Assembly (NCBI GenBank): GCA_017544405.1
Contig: JAFYEE010000075.1
Coordinates: 3,613-67,612 of the forward strand
Origin: Lachnospiraceae bacterium
GTDB lineage: Bacteria; Bacillota; Clostridia; Lachnospirales; Lachnospiraceae
Length of the DNA stretch: 64,000 nucleotides
Direction: 5' to 3'
The notes beneath the pieces are model-generated. The model made no database searches and was not told the origin of the DNA. It was given only the letters and a program-made list of their open reading frames with translations. Within the stretch, counting starts at the first letter, position 1. The number at the start of each line of letters is the position of its first letter. Made by a program: the position numbers and the translations under genes. Shown piece after piece: positions 1 to 10,016 of this stretch.

Positions 1-325
1 CCTCTCGCATCTGATCTGCAGCCTGCTCGCAGGCATCGGCGGATATGTCTATTTCCTGCATGTAGGTTCCGGTTCCGCATCCCATGCGAGCGGAATGGAA
101 ATGAATGCTATCGCTTCCTCCATCATTGGTGGTACAATGCTGACAGGTGGTCTGGGTAATATCATCGGCACATTCTTCGGAGTGCTGTCGCTGAGTACGA
201 TCCAGAATATCGTGTCCAGTGCGGGTCTGGATCAGGCATGGTGGACCGGTATCACGATAGCGGCAATGCTCTGCCTGTTCCTCCTGATTCAGAGTGTCGT
301 GATGGCACGCAGGAAGCGGAGCTGA
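1..325 (+). CDS. Sugar ABC transporter permease, YjfF/RbsC-like (5' truncated)
   Basis: Frame is open from base 2 (LSHLICSLLAGIGGYVYFLH...). Contains the EMNAIASSIIGGTMLTGG motif of RbsC-family permeases; hydrophobic. Confidence 0.85.
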   Translation, partial: LSHLICSLLAGIGGYVYFLHVGSGSASHASGMEMNAIASSIIGGTMLTGGLGNIIGTFFGVLSLSTIQNIVSSAGLDQAWWTGITIAAMLCLFLLIQSVVMARRKRS

Positions 326-335
326 AAGGAACTAC

Positions 336-1439
336 ATGACGTTCACGGAAGTTTATACGGACAGAAAAAACAGATCCCGGCAGGCGAAGCGTCCCCCCAG
401 GAGGGGGACCTTTACGGCTGCCGGGTTTTTGTGTGCCCTTTTGCTTGCGCTGACCGGACTCGGCGGCTGCGGGAAAGAGGAGGAGGAGGCAGAGACCGAT
501 ACGGATTATACGGTGGTGGGTTTTTCCCAGCTCGGCGCGGAATCCGACTGGCGCAGCTCCAACACGGAATCCATCCAGTCGGTTTTTACCGAGGAGAACG
601 GATATGAGCTGATCTATGAGAACGGGCAGCAGAAGCAGTCCAACCAGATCACGGCCATCCGGACCTTCATCCAGCAGGAGGTGGATTATATCGTGCTCGC
701 ACCGGTGACGGAGGTCGGGTGGGATACGGTCCTGCAGGAGGCGAGGGACGCCCGGATCCCGGTGATCCTGATCGACCGCCGGGTGGATACGGGGGATTCG
801 ACGCTCTATACCGCCTGGGTCGGTTCCAATTTCTATCTCGAGGGATGCAAGGCGGCGGCCTGGCTGCAGAGTTTCACGGAAAAAGCGGGCATCGCCGCGG
901 AGGATCTGCACATTGTCAATATCCAGGGGACGATCGGCGCCACGGCCCAGATCGGGCGTACGAGAGGCCTGCGGGAGGCCTGCGAGCGCAATGGATGGGA
1001 TCTGCTGGAGGAGATCAGCGGCGACTTCACCCAGACGAAGGGCAAGGAGGTGATGGAGTCCCTCCTGCGCAAGTATGACAATATCAATGTGGTCTACTGT
1101 GAGAATGACAACGAGGCGCTCGGAGCCATCGAGGCCCTCGAGGCGGCGGGCCTTGCCGTGGGATCCGATCTTGCGGCCGGTGAGATCATGGTGATCTCCT
1201 TCGACGGGATCAATCAGGCGGCCGTGGAGTATCTGAAGAAGGGCAAGATCTCCTGCATCGTGGAGTGCAACCCCCTGCAGGGACCGAAGCTCCTCGAGGT
1301 CATCGAGCAGTTGAAAAAAGGCGAGACTCCGCCGCGGTATTCCTACATGGAGGAGAAGATTTTCAGCGCGAACCGATCCGTACTGGATGTGGAAGTCGAT
1401 GGAAATAAATATCCCGTGACCTTTATGTGGGAAGAATAA
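336..1439 (+). CDS. Sugar ABC substrate-binding lipoprotein, YtfQ-like
   Basis: Lipobox LGGC; VGFSQLGAESDWR, QQKQSNQITAIRTFIQQEVDYIVLAP and VECNPLQGP motifs; RBS AAAGGA. Confidence 0.88.
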   Translation: MTFTEVYTDRKNRSRQAKRPPRRGTFTAAGFLCALLLALTGLGGCGKEEEEAETDTDYTVVGFSQLGAESDWRSSNTESIQSVFTEENGYELIYENGQQKQSNQITAIRTFIQQEVDYIVLAPVTEVGWDTVLQEARDARIPVILIDRRVDTGDSTLYTAWVGSNFYLEGCKAAAWLQSFTEKAGIAAEDLHIVNIQGTIGATAQIGRTRGLREACERNGWDLLEEISGDFTQTKGKEVMESLLRKYDNINVVYCENDNEALGAIEALEAAGLAVGSDLAAGEIMVISFDGINQAAVEYLKKGKISCIVECNPLQGPKLLEVIEQLKKGETPPRYSYMEEKIFSANRSVLDVEVDGNKYPVTFMWEE

Positions 1440-1442
1440 ATG

Positions 1443-1451
1443 TGGTATACT
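1443..1451 (+). promoter_or_regulatory. Extended -10 promoter element
   Basis: TGGTATACT about 40 nt upstream of ATG 1491. Confidence 0.5.
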
Positions 1452-1490
1452 CTCTGTGTATCGTTCCTTCACCCGAAAGGAGGCTCTGTT

Positions 1491-2063
1491 ATGTATGATT
1501 TCATCACGATTGAGCGGCAATACGGCAGTGGCGGTCAGTCCATCGCCAAGAGACTGGCGGAAGATCTGGGGTATCGTCTGTACGATCACGGAGTGGTAGT
1601 GGAGACCTGCAAGCGGATGGATGTCAGCTACAGCTACATCTCGGGACTTGAGGAGCAGGCACCTCCCAAGACGCTTTTCCGGGCGCCGGGCAGCAATCTG
1701 ACCCTGGAGGAGCAGATCTATCGGACCGAAGTGGAGATCATCCGTGAGGCAGCACAGCAGCCGGGGGCGATTTTTGTCGGACGCTGCGCGAGCGAGATCC
1801 TGAAGGACCGGAAGGTGCTGCGCGTATTTTTCGCTGCGGACGATGCCTATCGTCTGGACCGTGCGGTGCGGGTGGAGAAGATCACACCCGATCAGGCCGA
1901 GGAGGAAATGCGCAGGAATGACCGCAGACGCGAGCGTTTCTTTAATACCTATGCGGAAGGGAAATGGGGATCTCCGGAATATTTCGATCTGATCCTGAAT
2001 ACGAGCCGGCTCGGGGCCGATGCCTGTGTGAAACTCCTGAAGGCGCTGGTAAAAGATGAATAG
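1491..2063 (+). CDS. Cytidylate kinase-like family protein
   Basis: ITIERQYGSGG P-loop variant, IFVGRCA, FDLILNT; RBS AGGAGG before ATG 1491. Confidence 0.85.
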   Translation: MYDFITIERQYGSGGQSIAKRLAEDLGYRLYDHGVVVETCKRMDVSYSYISGLEEQAPPKTLFRAPGSNLTLEEQIYRTEVEIIREAAQQPGAIFVGRCASEILKDRKVLRVFFAADDAYRLDRAVRVEKITPDQAEEEMRRNDRRRERFFNTYAEGKWGSPEYFDLILNTSRLGADACVKLLKALVKDE

Positions 2064-2095
2064 AAGATCCGCGAGATAAAAGGATCCCGGATAAG

Positions 2096-2127
2096 AAAAT
2101 GGCCACCGGTTAACCGGCGGCCATTTT
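2096..2127 (-). terminator. Intrinsic terminator overlapping the last codons and stop of the EAL gene
   Basis: 32-bp palindrome AAAATGGCCACCGGTT/AACCGGCGGCCATTTT. The one mismatch is a G-U pair on the minus strand, where the hairpin ends in UUUUCUUAU. Confidence 0.7.
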
Positions 2128-4269
2128 TGTTTCGAATTCGTTCTTCGGCATGGGCTTGGCGAAGTAGTATCCCTGGATCATGTCGCATCCCTGTTCGGCC
2201 AGGAAATCGACCTGTTCCTTCAGTTCCACGCCTTCCGCAACGGTGCGCATGTGTAGGCTCTGCGCCAGGCGGATGGTCTCGGATACCACGATCTCGCCGC
2301 GCTCGCCCGCATTTTCTCCGCGGAAGAATTCCGCATCGATCTTCAGGACATCCAGCGGCATATCCTTCAGGGAATTGAGGGAGGAATACCCGGATCCGAA
2401 GTCGTCCATGGAGACGGCAAAGCCGTATTCCTTCAGGCGGCGGATGGTTTCGAGCAGTGCGTTCTTGTCATCAAAGAAGGCACTCTCGGTGAGCTCGATC
2501 TCGATGAGGTCCCGGGGGGTGCCGGCACTGTCCACCAGGTCGCGGATCTGCTCGGCCAGGTCCGATTCAATGAAATGGGCGCGGGAGACATTGACGGAGA
2601 CCGGGACACAGGCCAGCCCCTGATCCAGCCAGCGCTTCTGATCCGCTGCGACATGGGAGAGCATGTAGTGGTCGATCTCGGTGATAAAGCCGTTCTTCTC
2701 GAAGATCGGGATAAATCTTCCGGGAGAAACAAAGCCGAAATCCGGAGACTGCCAGCGAATGAGAGCCTCGGCCCCGCGCAGCGTATGGGTCTGCGGATCG
2801 TATTTGGGCTGGTAATAGACCTGGAACTCTTCCCGCTCCAGGGCGGTGCGCATATGCTCCTCCACCTGATCCTGCCACTTACGCTCCTCCGCGAGAGCAG
2901 AGTCAAAGAAGGCGATGCCGGTGTCTTCCTTGCTCTCGAGGGTACCGCGCGCGGTGCCGGCATTGTTGTAGGCCTGCTCGAGATCCGTAAGACGCCGCCG
3001 CACGATCTTGCCGTTGCGGTCGCGTTCCGGCGGCAGGAGATCCACGCCGACCTGATAGGTGAAGGTATGGTTCGGATCGACGGCTCCAAGCTCCTGCAGG
3101 ATCCCCCGGATCCGTTCCTTCAGGGAGGCCTCGTCGGAGACGCGCAGCAGCAGAGCATATTCGCCGGGGGAACAGTGCGCGCAGATCTCCTTTTTCCCGA
3201 GGTGCCGCTCCAGCGAACGGTAGATCTGTGTGAGGATGGCTTCCCCTGCGGATACGGAATGGCACAGGACATAGGTGCGGTATTTCACAAAGACCAGGTG
3301 AACGGCCGCGTAGGTGTAGGAGGCATTGGAGCGCTTTCGCAGCATCCGGTCCCCGTTATAGAGAAACCAGGTCCGGTTGTGGCCGGAGGTGATGACGTCG
3401 GTAAAGTACATCTTCATGGCGCGGCGCTGGTTGCGGATCCTGGAGATGACATTGAAGAAAAAGAGCACGCACAGGAAAAGGCCCAGTCCCAGGAAAATGA
3501 AAACCGAGATGCTCAGCACGGACAGGTCGGAGATCTTGAGCTCCAGTCCCGCTTTGGCCAAAAAGATCCGGGAGCCGTCCGCCACCGGGATGCCCATCCA
3601 GACCGGAAGATGAATGAAGCTGCTTCCTCCCTGCTTTGCCAGCGCAGCCCGCTGCTCCTCTGTCAGTTCCTGAATCTGCAGACCGTAAGCATAGTCGTCT
3701 ATCTCCGGCTCAGACGCAGACACAGACACTTCGATATGGGGAGCAGGGATCTCATCATCGTACAGGAAGGCTGCATCGCCCAGAAGGTCCAGACTCTCCG
3801 ATCCGTTTTGGCGAAGGAAACGAAACAGTGCGGGAACATCCAGAAAGATCTCCTGCCGGTCCGTCCCGTACAGAAAGGGATAGCGGGTATCCTTATAGAT
3901 GGCGATGGGATCGGGAAGCGACATGAGGTAGACCGATCTCCCCTCCTCCTCGCAGGTGGCTACTCCCGCCTGGTGAAGTACATCGCCGTCCGCGGAGCGG
4001 ATGAGATATTCGCGCCCCTCCGTATCCAGCAGGCTCCACAGATTCTCTTCCTGCCCGGCCTGCCGTCCCGCGTCGTAGAGCCTTGCCATGAGGGCGATGG
4101 ACCGGTATTCCGCCGCGAGCTTGGTCTGGATCACGTATTCGGCCATGGTGGCCATAAAATAGACCAGACAAACACCCGCCAGGGCCATGAGGATTAGGAA
4201 AGCCACAATGGAAAGCCCCCCATGCGCCTTGCGGAACTGATATTTATTTTTCCCTTTTCCCTTGTTCAT
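2110..4269 (-). CDS. Membrane-bound c-di-GMP phosphodiesterase (2 TM, degenerate GGDEF, EAL)
   Basis: YYQPK, AEALIRW, DDFGSGYSSL, KID, AEGVE, QGYY motifs; the GGDEF position reads SPGEY. Confidence 0.88.
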   Translation of the reverse strand: MNKGKGKNKYQFRKAHGGLSIVAFLILMALAGVCLVYFMATMAEYVIQTKLAAEYRSIALMARLYDAGRQAGQEENLWSLLDTEGREYLIRSADGDVLHQAGVATCEEEGRSVYLMSLPDPIAIYKDTRYPFLYGTDRQEIFLDVPALFRFLRQNGSESLDLLGDAAFLYDDEIPAPHIEVSVSASEPEIDDYAYGLQIQELTEEQRAALAKQGGSSFIHLPVWMGIPVADGSRIFLAKAGLELKISDLSVLSISVFIFLGLGLFLCVLFFFNVISRIRNQRRAMKMYFTDVITSGHNRTWFLYNGDRMLRKRSNASYTYAAVHLVFVKYRTYVLCHSVSAGEAILTQIYRSLERHLGKKEICAHCSPGEYALLLRVSDEASLKERIRGILQELGAVDPNHTFTYQVGVDLLPPERDRNGKIVRRRLTDLEQAYNNAGTARGTLESKEDTGIAFFDSALAEERKWQDQVEEHMRTALEREEFQVYYQPKYDPQTHTLRGAEALIRWQSPDFGFVSPGRFIPIFEKNGFITEIDHYMLSHVAADQKRWLDQGLACVPVSVNVSRAHFIESDLAEQIRDLVDSAGTPRDLIEIELTESAFFDDKNALLETIRRLKEYGFAVSMDDFGSGYSSLNSLKDMPLDVLKIDAEFFRGENAGERGEIVVSETIRLAQSLHMRTVAEGVELKEQVDFLAEQGCDMIQGYYFAKPMPKNEFETKMAAG

Positions 4270-4412
4270 AGCGTTCCCTTTCCTGCGATCAGCGCAAAAC
4301 TTAAGAACATTATAGCAGATATTGAGAAGGAACGGACATTGTTTCCCACCGCCTGCTAAGATATAATAGGTTCAGCTTCCACAGCAACGCAAAAGTCCAA
4401 AAGGGGGTTTTT

Positions 4413-5447
4413 ATGAAGAAAATCGATGGATTTCACCGCGGAGTCAATCTGGGCGGATGGCTGTCCCAGTGCGTTCACACACAGCAGCATTACGATACGT
4501 TCATCACGGAGTCGGATCTTCGGACGATTCACGAGTGGGGGCTGGACCATGTCCGGATCCCGGTAGACTATGATCTGCTCGAGACGCAGGAGGGCGCGTA
4601 CCGCCCGGAAGGATTTGAGCGTCTACGCACGGCTCTCGGCTGGTGTGAAAAGAATCATCTGAATGCGATCATTGATCTGCACAAGACCTTCGGCTATTCC
4701 TTTGACAAAGGGGAGGGGGAGAGCGGATTTTTCGATAATGAGGCGGACCAGGAGCGGTTTTACCGTCTCTGGGAGCAGATCGCGGAGCATTTCGGAGATC
4801 GCACGGAGCATGTCATGTTCGAGCTTCTCAATGAGGTGACGGACAAGGGCTATCTTTCCGCATGGCAGAGAATCTACAGCACCTGTATCGAGCGGATCCG
4901 CAGGATCGCTCCGAAGGTGCGGATCCTGGTCGGCGGCTACTGGAACAATGCCGTTTCGGCGGTGAAGGATCTGCTGCCGCCGCAGGATGAGAATATCATC
5001 TACAATTTCCATTGCTATGATCCGCTTCTCTTCACGCACCAGGGGGCGCATTGGGTGGAGAACATGCCGCTGGATTTCCGTTTTGCATTCGCCCAGAGCA
5101 TGCGGGCCTATGCGGAGACGACCTATAAGGTCCTGCCGCAGATGGGCCATCAGGAATTTACGGATGAGGTGGAAGCGGAGAAGATCCTGGGACCGGATTA
5201 TTTCCGGGCCATTTTCGCGGAGGCCGTCGCGACCGCGAAGGAGCGGAACGTTCCTCTCTACTGCGGGGAGTACGGGGTCATCGATCTCGCGGAGCATGCG
5301 GACTGCCTGGCCTGGTACAAGGCAATCCACGAGGTCTTTGAGGAGAACGGGATCGCGCGCGCAGCCTGGAGCTATCGCGGGATGAATTTCGGCATCGCGG
5401 ATGCGGCCTGGGATGCGGAGCGTGATCAGCTGATCGCGCTGATGTAA
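4413..5447 (+). CDS. Glycoside hydrolase family 5 (cytoplasmic, CelC/cellodextrinase-like)
   Basis: GVNLGGWLSQ, DHVRIP, IDLH, FELLNE (acid/base), FHCYDP, LYCGEYG (nucleophile); no signal peptide. Confidence 0.9.
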   Translation: MKKIDGFHRGVNLGGWLSQCVHTQQHYDTFITESDLRTIHEWGLDHVRIPVDYDLLETQEGAYRPEGFERLRTALGWCEKNHLNAIIDLHKTFGYSFDKGEGESGFFDNEADQERFYRLWEQIAEHFGDRTEHVMFELLNEVTDKGYLSAWQRIYSTCIERIRRIAPKVRILVGGYWNNAVSAVKDLLPPQDENIIYNFHCYDPLLFTHQGAHWVENMPLDFRFAFAQSMRAYAETTYKVLPQMGHQEFTDEVEAEKILGPDYFRAIFAEAVATAKERNVPLYCGEYGVIDLAEHADCLAWYKAIHEVFEENGIARAAWSYRGMNFGIADAAWDAERDQLIALM

Positions 5448-5457
5448 AAAGCGTTCG

Positions 5458-5516
5458 AAAAAAATAAAAGTCCCTGTCCTTTCGATCATCGAGCGATCGG
5501 AAGGACAGGGATTTTT
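5458..5516. terminator. Bidirectional intrinsic terminator
   Basis: Stem TCCCTGTCCTT/AAGGACAGGGA flanked by A and T tracts, between convergent genes. Confidence 0.8.
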
Positions 5517-5542
5517 CACGTTCGTATGGCGGCAGAAGAGCC

Positions 5543-7507
5543 TCAGGCCTGTCCTCCTGCGGGTACGCCGTCTAAGTTGTGGGCTTTCAGGAAGGACAGG
5601 AACTGCTCGCGGGGCATCGGCTTCGCATAATAGTAGCCCTGGATGTAATCACAACCCATTTCCCGGAGGATCTCCACCTGTTCGGCGGTCTCCACGCCCT
5701 CGCACACGATCTTCATTCCGATCTGGTGCATCATGGTGATGGTATTGGCCACCACGGAAGCACATTTCGCATCGCCGAGCATGTCGACCAGCTCCTTATC
5801 GATCTTGACGAGGCTCAGTGGCAGGTGCATGACACGCAGGATATTGGAGTAGCCGGTTCCGTAGTCATCCAGCGAGAAGCGGTAGTTCCTGGCGTGCAGG
5901 GCCTGCAGATTGCGGATCATGGCCTCCGGGTTCAGAGCATTCATGGTCTCGGTGACTTCGAGATTCACCTTGCCTGACGGGACGGCATATTTTTTCTCCA
6001 GCCCGAGGATGGTCTCCACGAGATTATTCTGGATGCACTGCTCGACGGAGAGGTTGACCTCCATGTAGCGCAGCTTCAGAGAATCCGTGCTGTTCTGAGA
6101 GAGAAATTCGTAGACCGAGTTCAGGACAAAGTCTCCGATCGGGGCCATATAGCCGTGCAGCTCCGCCTCCGGGATGAAGATGGCGGGGGAGACAAAGCCG
6201 AATTCCGGATCCTTCAGGCGGATCAGCGCCTCCGCGGACTCAAAGAGACCGCTTTGCAGGTTGTAGATCGGCTGGTAGTACATCTCGAAATAGTTCTCGC
6301 GCAGCGCGCGGGAGATGATGCGGGCCGAGTAATTCTTGATCTGGAGGGTCGTATTTTCCTGGATGGTGATGCCGTCGAGGATATGGTCCGTGGGCGACAT
6401 GTATCCGGGGAAGTTCACGGTGAAATTGATCATGCTCTCCACTTCCTGAATATCCTGGAGGAAGCGGATCGTGGTATAGCGCGTCTGCAGGACGGAAGCA
6501 ACGGAGCTGTGATTGTCCGACTCGCTCTCGAAGGAGCGCTGGATGCGGCGCAGCAGGTCATTGGCGTCCGTCTGCGCATCATCGAAGACGATGCAGATGC
6601 AGCCCATCGCGCCGTAGTAGATATTGTGGCCGCCGTAGGCACGGTACATCATATTCTCCAGCTCCTGCCCGCGCATACGCACGAACTGGTTGTATCGCTT
6701 CTCACCGAAGACGCTGCGCGCCTGGGACGCGTTCAGGTAGCGGATGATCACGACGCGCACGGGAGTTCTGGACTTGGCCGCGACGATCAGGCGGTTGCGG
6801 TAGGCATTCCAGCTGTACAGCCCGACCGAAAAGTCGAGGATCTCCTCCGGCCGCTGGATGAGCAGATGATCGAGCAGCATCACCATGGAGAAGGCAATCA
6901 TCTCGATCAGCAGACCTTCCCGCATGTACTGGATGAAGGCGACCAGCATGGTGATGACATACATGGCCAGCAGGGCCATCCACTTGGAACGGTCCAGATA
7001 GTGGACGCAGCGGGACAGGTAATAGAAACCGATGAGCATGTAGATGAATCCCAGAGCATAGAGATAAAGCATCCCGGGACCGCGCCGGTAGCCTTCCTCC
7101 AGAGATATGGAGAAAAGGTACGGGGTAAACAGGTTGGCGAAAATCATGAGCACGGCCAGACCATACGGTCCCCACACGAGCAGACGCACCGTGCGTCTTC
7201 GCAGATCGGAATGCACGCCGGCCATGGCCATGAGGAACAGCAGGTAGGCCACATTATAGAAATTGCGGATGATAAAATACAGATAGCTGAAAAAATAGGC
7301 AGCGAATACACGAATGCGCAGTCCGTTCAGATTGCGGGAATAGAATTCCATCAAAAAATCGCAGAAGGTCATGAAGAAGGCCACCCCGATGTTCAGAAGG
7401 AAGGCCTTGTCCTCAAGGCTCCGCGTCATGCGCTTGAATAAAATTGAGAATAACGTAAGGGCCAGAATCAGCAGTGCAATCTGGTCCAGGATCAGTGCCG
7501 AATGCAT
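5543..7507 (-). CDS. Multi-TM sensor EAL phosphodiesterase with degenerate GGDEF
   Basis: About 7 N-terminal TM helices; AEALIRL, DDYGTGYS, KIDK, CEGVET, QGYY; start MHSALILDQ with GGAG RBS. Confidence 0.87.
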   Translation of the reverse strand: MHSALILDQIALLILALTLFSILFKRMTRSLEDKAFLLNIGVAFFMTFCDFLMEFYSRNLNGLRIRVFAAYFFSYLYFIIRNFYNVAYLLFLMAMAGVHSDLRRRTVRLLVWGPYGLAVLMIFANLFTPYLFSISLEEGYRRGPGMLYLYALGFIYMLIGFYYLSRCVHYLDRSKWMALLAMYVITMLVAFIQYMREGLLIEMIAFSMVMLLDHLLIQRPEEILDFSVGLYSWNAYRNRLIVAAKSRTPVRVVIIRYLNASQARSVFGEKRYNQFVRMRGQELENMMYRAYGGHNIYYGAMGCICIVFDDAQTDANDLLRRIQRSFESESDNHSSVASVLQTRYTTIRFLQDIQEVESMINFTVNFPGYMSPTDHILDGITIQENTTLQIKNYSARIISRALRENYFEMYYQPIYNLQSGLFESAEALIRLKDPEFGFVSPAIFIPEAELHGYMAPIGDFVLNSVYEFLSQNSTDSLKLRYMEVNLSVEQCIQNNLVETILGLEKKYAVPSGKVNLEVTETMNALNPEAMIRNLQALHARNYRFSLDDYGTGYSNILRVMHLPLSLVKIDKELVDMLGDAKCASVVANTITMMHQIGMKIVCEGVETAEQVEILREMGCDYIQGYYYAKPMPREQFLSFLKAHNLDGVPAGGQA

Positions 7508-7673
7508 AGGCTCGCTCCGCAGGAAGAGAAAACGGTTACATAAAGAAATTATACACATTTTCCCTTTTTTGTAAAACCATAGATACTGATTTTCATTGGA
7601 AAATCAGCAGTTTTCCGCGGCGAAAAGTGGTAAAATGAAGGCAGTGAAAAAGGCCTTGGAGAGGAGGAACCGT

Positions 7674-9092
7674 ATGGCAATCGTTGGCGCTTTTATGGTA
7701 CCGCATCCGCCGATGATCGTCCCGGCCGTGGGGCAGGGGAGCGAGGCGCAGGTGGCGGAGACGACGCGGGCTTATGAGCGGGTGGCCGAAGAGATCGCGT
7801 CCCTCGCGCCCGATACGATCGTGATCACGAGTCCGCATACCGTGATGTATGAGGACTATTTTCACATCTCTTCCGGGAAAGGAGCCCGGGGATCCTTTGC
7901 GCGATTTGGCGCACCGCAGGTGCATTTTGAGGAAGAATACGACACGGAACTGGTGCAGACGCTCTGTCATATCGCGGACCGGAAGGATTTTCCCGCGGGG
8001 ACGCTCGGGGAGCGGGATCCGGCGCTCGATCACGGGACGATGGTGCCCCTTTACTTTATCCGGCAAAAATACGAGGGCTTTAGGCTGGTGCGCATCGGAC
8101 TTTCCGGCCTGCCGCTTACCGGGCATTATCAGCTGGGGTGCATGATCCGCGAGGCGGTCACGGAGACCGGGCGCCGCACCGTGCTGGTCGCGAGCGGCGA
8201 TCTGTCCCACAAGCTGCAGGATTACGGGCCTTACGGCTTTTCGCCGGAGGGGCCGGAGTACGATCGGCGGATCATGGATGTCTGCGGGCGGGCAGCCTTT
8301 GGAGAACTCTTTGATTTCGACGAGGATTTCTGCGAGAAGGCGGCGGAATGCGGTCACCGGAGCTTTGTGATCATGGCCGGCGCGCTCGACGGGGTGAAGG
8401 TGCATGCGGAGCGTCTCTCGCACCAGGATGTGACGGGCGTCGGCTACGGGATCTGCATCTTCCGGCCCGGGGAGGAGGATCCGGAGCGAAGGTTCCTTCA
8501 AAATCGCACCCGGCAGGCGCTGCAGGATCTGACCGGGCCTGCGGAGGGGCTGATTGACCGCGGGGATGATGACTATGTGAAGCTTGCAAAGGCGACCGTG
8601 TACCATTATGTCAGCCAAAGGAAGACAATCCCCGTGCCGGAAGGACTCTCTCCCGAGATGTATACGCAGCGGGCGGGAGCCTTTGTGTCGATCCATGAGC
8701 GCGGAAGACTGCGCGGTTGTATCGGGACCTTCCTGCCGACCACGGACTGCATCGCCGAGGAGATCATTCAGAACGGCATCAGCGCGGCCTCGAGAGATCC
8801 GCGGTTTCGTCCGATCGAGAGCGAGGAGCTGCCGGACCTTGAGATCAGCGTGGACATCCTCTCGGCGCCGGAAGACATCGGATCGCCGGAGATGCTCGAT
8901 CCGAAGCGCTACGGCGTGATCGTAAGCAGCGGGAGAAGGCGGGGACTCCTTCTGCCGGATCTGGAGGGCGTGGATACGGTGGAGGAGCAGATCGGGATCG
9001 CAAAGCAGAAGGCCGGGATCCGAGAGGAGGAAGCGGTGTCGCTGCAGCGGTTTGAGGTGGTGCGCCATGAGACGCGTCCATCGGAGAAGTAG
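7674..9092 (+). CDS. amrA: AmmeMemoRadiSam system protein A (LigB/Memo-like domain fused to AMMECR1 domain)
   Basis: N-terminal PHPP, SPH, DHG, SGDLSH; C-terminal LRGCIG, DPRF, GLLLP; RBS GAGGAGG; TGGTAAAAT at 7628. Confidence 0.9.
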   Translation: MAIVGAFMVPHPPMIVPAVGQGSEAQVAETTRAYERVAEEIASLAPDTIVITSPHTVMYEDYFHISSGKGARGSFARFGAPQVHFEEEYDTELVQTLCHIADRKDFPAGTLGERDPALDHGTMVPLYFIRQKYEGFRLVRIGLSGLPLTGHYQLGCMIREAVTETGRRTVLVASGDLSHKLQDYGPYGFSPEGPEYDRRIMDVCGRAAFGELFDFDEDFCEKAAECGHRSFVIMAGALDGVKVHAERLSHQDVTGVGYGICIFRPGEEDPERRFLQNRTRQALQDLTGPAEGLIDRGDDDYVKLAKATVYHYVSQRKTIPVPEGLSPEMYTQRAGAFVSIHERGRLRGCIGTFLPTTDCIAEEIIQNGISAASRDPRFRPIESEELPDLEISVDILSAPEDIGSPEMLDPKRYGVIVSSGRRRGLLLPDLEGVDTVEEQIGIAKQKAGIREEEAVSLQRFEVVRHETRPSEK

Positions 9093-9137
9093 GGGACCAC
9101 TTTTCGGCGCAGGTCCGCCCATGGGCAGGAGGAGAGT

Positions 9138-9998
9138 ATGGCTGAATGCGGAGTATGCTTCCGGCATTGTAATCTGAGCGAGGGACAGACCGGCTTTTGC
9201 GGAGCGCGGATCTGCCGGGACGGAGCGGTGACCGCGGACAATTACGGCCGCGTGACCTCCCTTGCCCTCGACCCGATCGAGAAAAAGCCGCTGCGGCGTT
9301 TTCACCCGGGCAGCAGGATCCTGTCCGTGGGAAGCTACGGCTGCAACCTGCGCTGCCCCTTCTGCCAGAATGCGGAGATCTCCTGGTCGGAGGAAGCCTT
9401 CCGGCTGCGGGAGAGCGCGGAATATGTGACGCCGGAGGAGCTTGCGCACACGGCGGCCTATTACCGCAGGGAGGGCAATATCGGTCTCGCCTTCACCTAC
9501 AATGAGCCGCTGATCGGATATGAGTACATTCGGGATACCGGGCGGCTGATCCACGAAGCGGGGATGGTAAATGTCCTGGTGTCGAACGCTACGGCGGAGC
9601 TTTCGGTGCTCGAGGAGCTCGCGCCCGTGATCGACGCGATGAATCTTGATCTGAAGGGCTTTACGAAGCATTATTACACGGATGTGCTCGGCGGCGATCT
9701 GGACATGACGCTCGCCTTTATCCGGCGGGCGGTGCGGATCTGTCATGTGGAGCTGACGACGCTGATCATCCCCGGGGAGAATGATTCCGAGGAGGAGATG
9801 GAGGAGCTCTGCCGCTTTATTCGGAACCTGAAAAATAAAGCGGGAGATACGATCGGAACCGAAGTCCCGCTGCATATCTCCCGCTTTTTCCCGAGATTTC
9901 ATATGACGGACCGAGGTGCCACCGAAGTGGCGAAGATTTACCGGCTCGCGGAGGTGGCCCGCCGTCATCTGAAGTATGTCTATACCGGCAATTGCTGA
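9138..9998 (+). CDS. amrS: AmmeMemoRadiSam radical SAM enzyme
   Basis: N-terminal CGVCFRHC..C; DPIEKKPL; CNLRCPFCQN; FTYNEP; ends YVYTGNC. Confidence 0.92.
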   Translation: MAECGVCFRHCNLSEGQTGFCGARICRDGAVTADNYGRVTSLALDPIEKKPLRRFHPGSRILSVGSYGCNLRCPFCQNAEISWSEEAFRLRESAEYVTPEELAHTAAYYRREGNIGLAFTYNEPLIGYEYIRDTGRLIHEAGMVNVLVSNATAELSVLEELAPVIDAMNLDLKGFTKHYYTDVLGGDLDMTLAFIRRAVRICHVELTTLIIPGENDSEEEMEELCRFIRNLKNKAGDTIGTEVPLHISRFFPRFHMTDRGATEVAKIYRLAEVARRHLKYVYTGNC

Positions 9999-10016
9999 GA
10001 GCCGGCAGATAAATCG

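Noticed and set aside
4270-4412. c-di-GMP-I riboswitch between the EAL and GH5 genes
   Set aside because: Only isolated GCAAAA words; the two-hairpin GEMM architecture is not evident.
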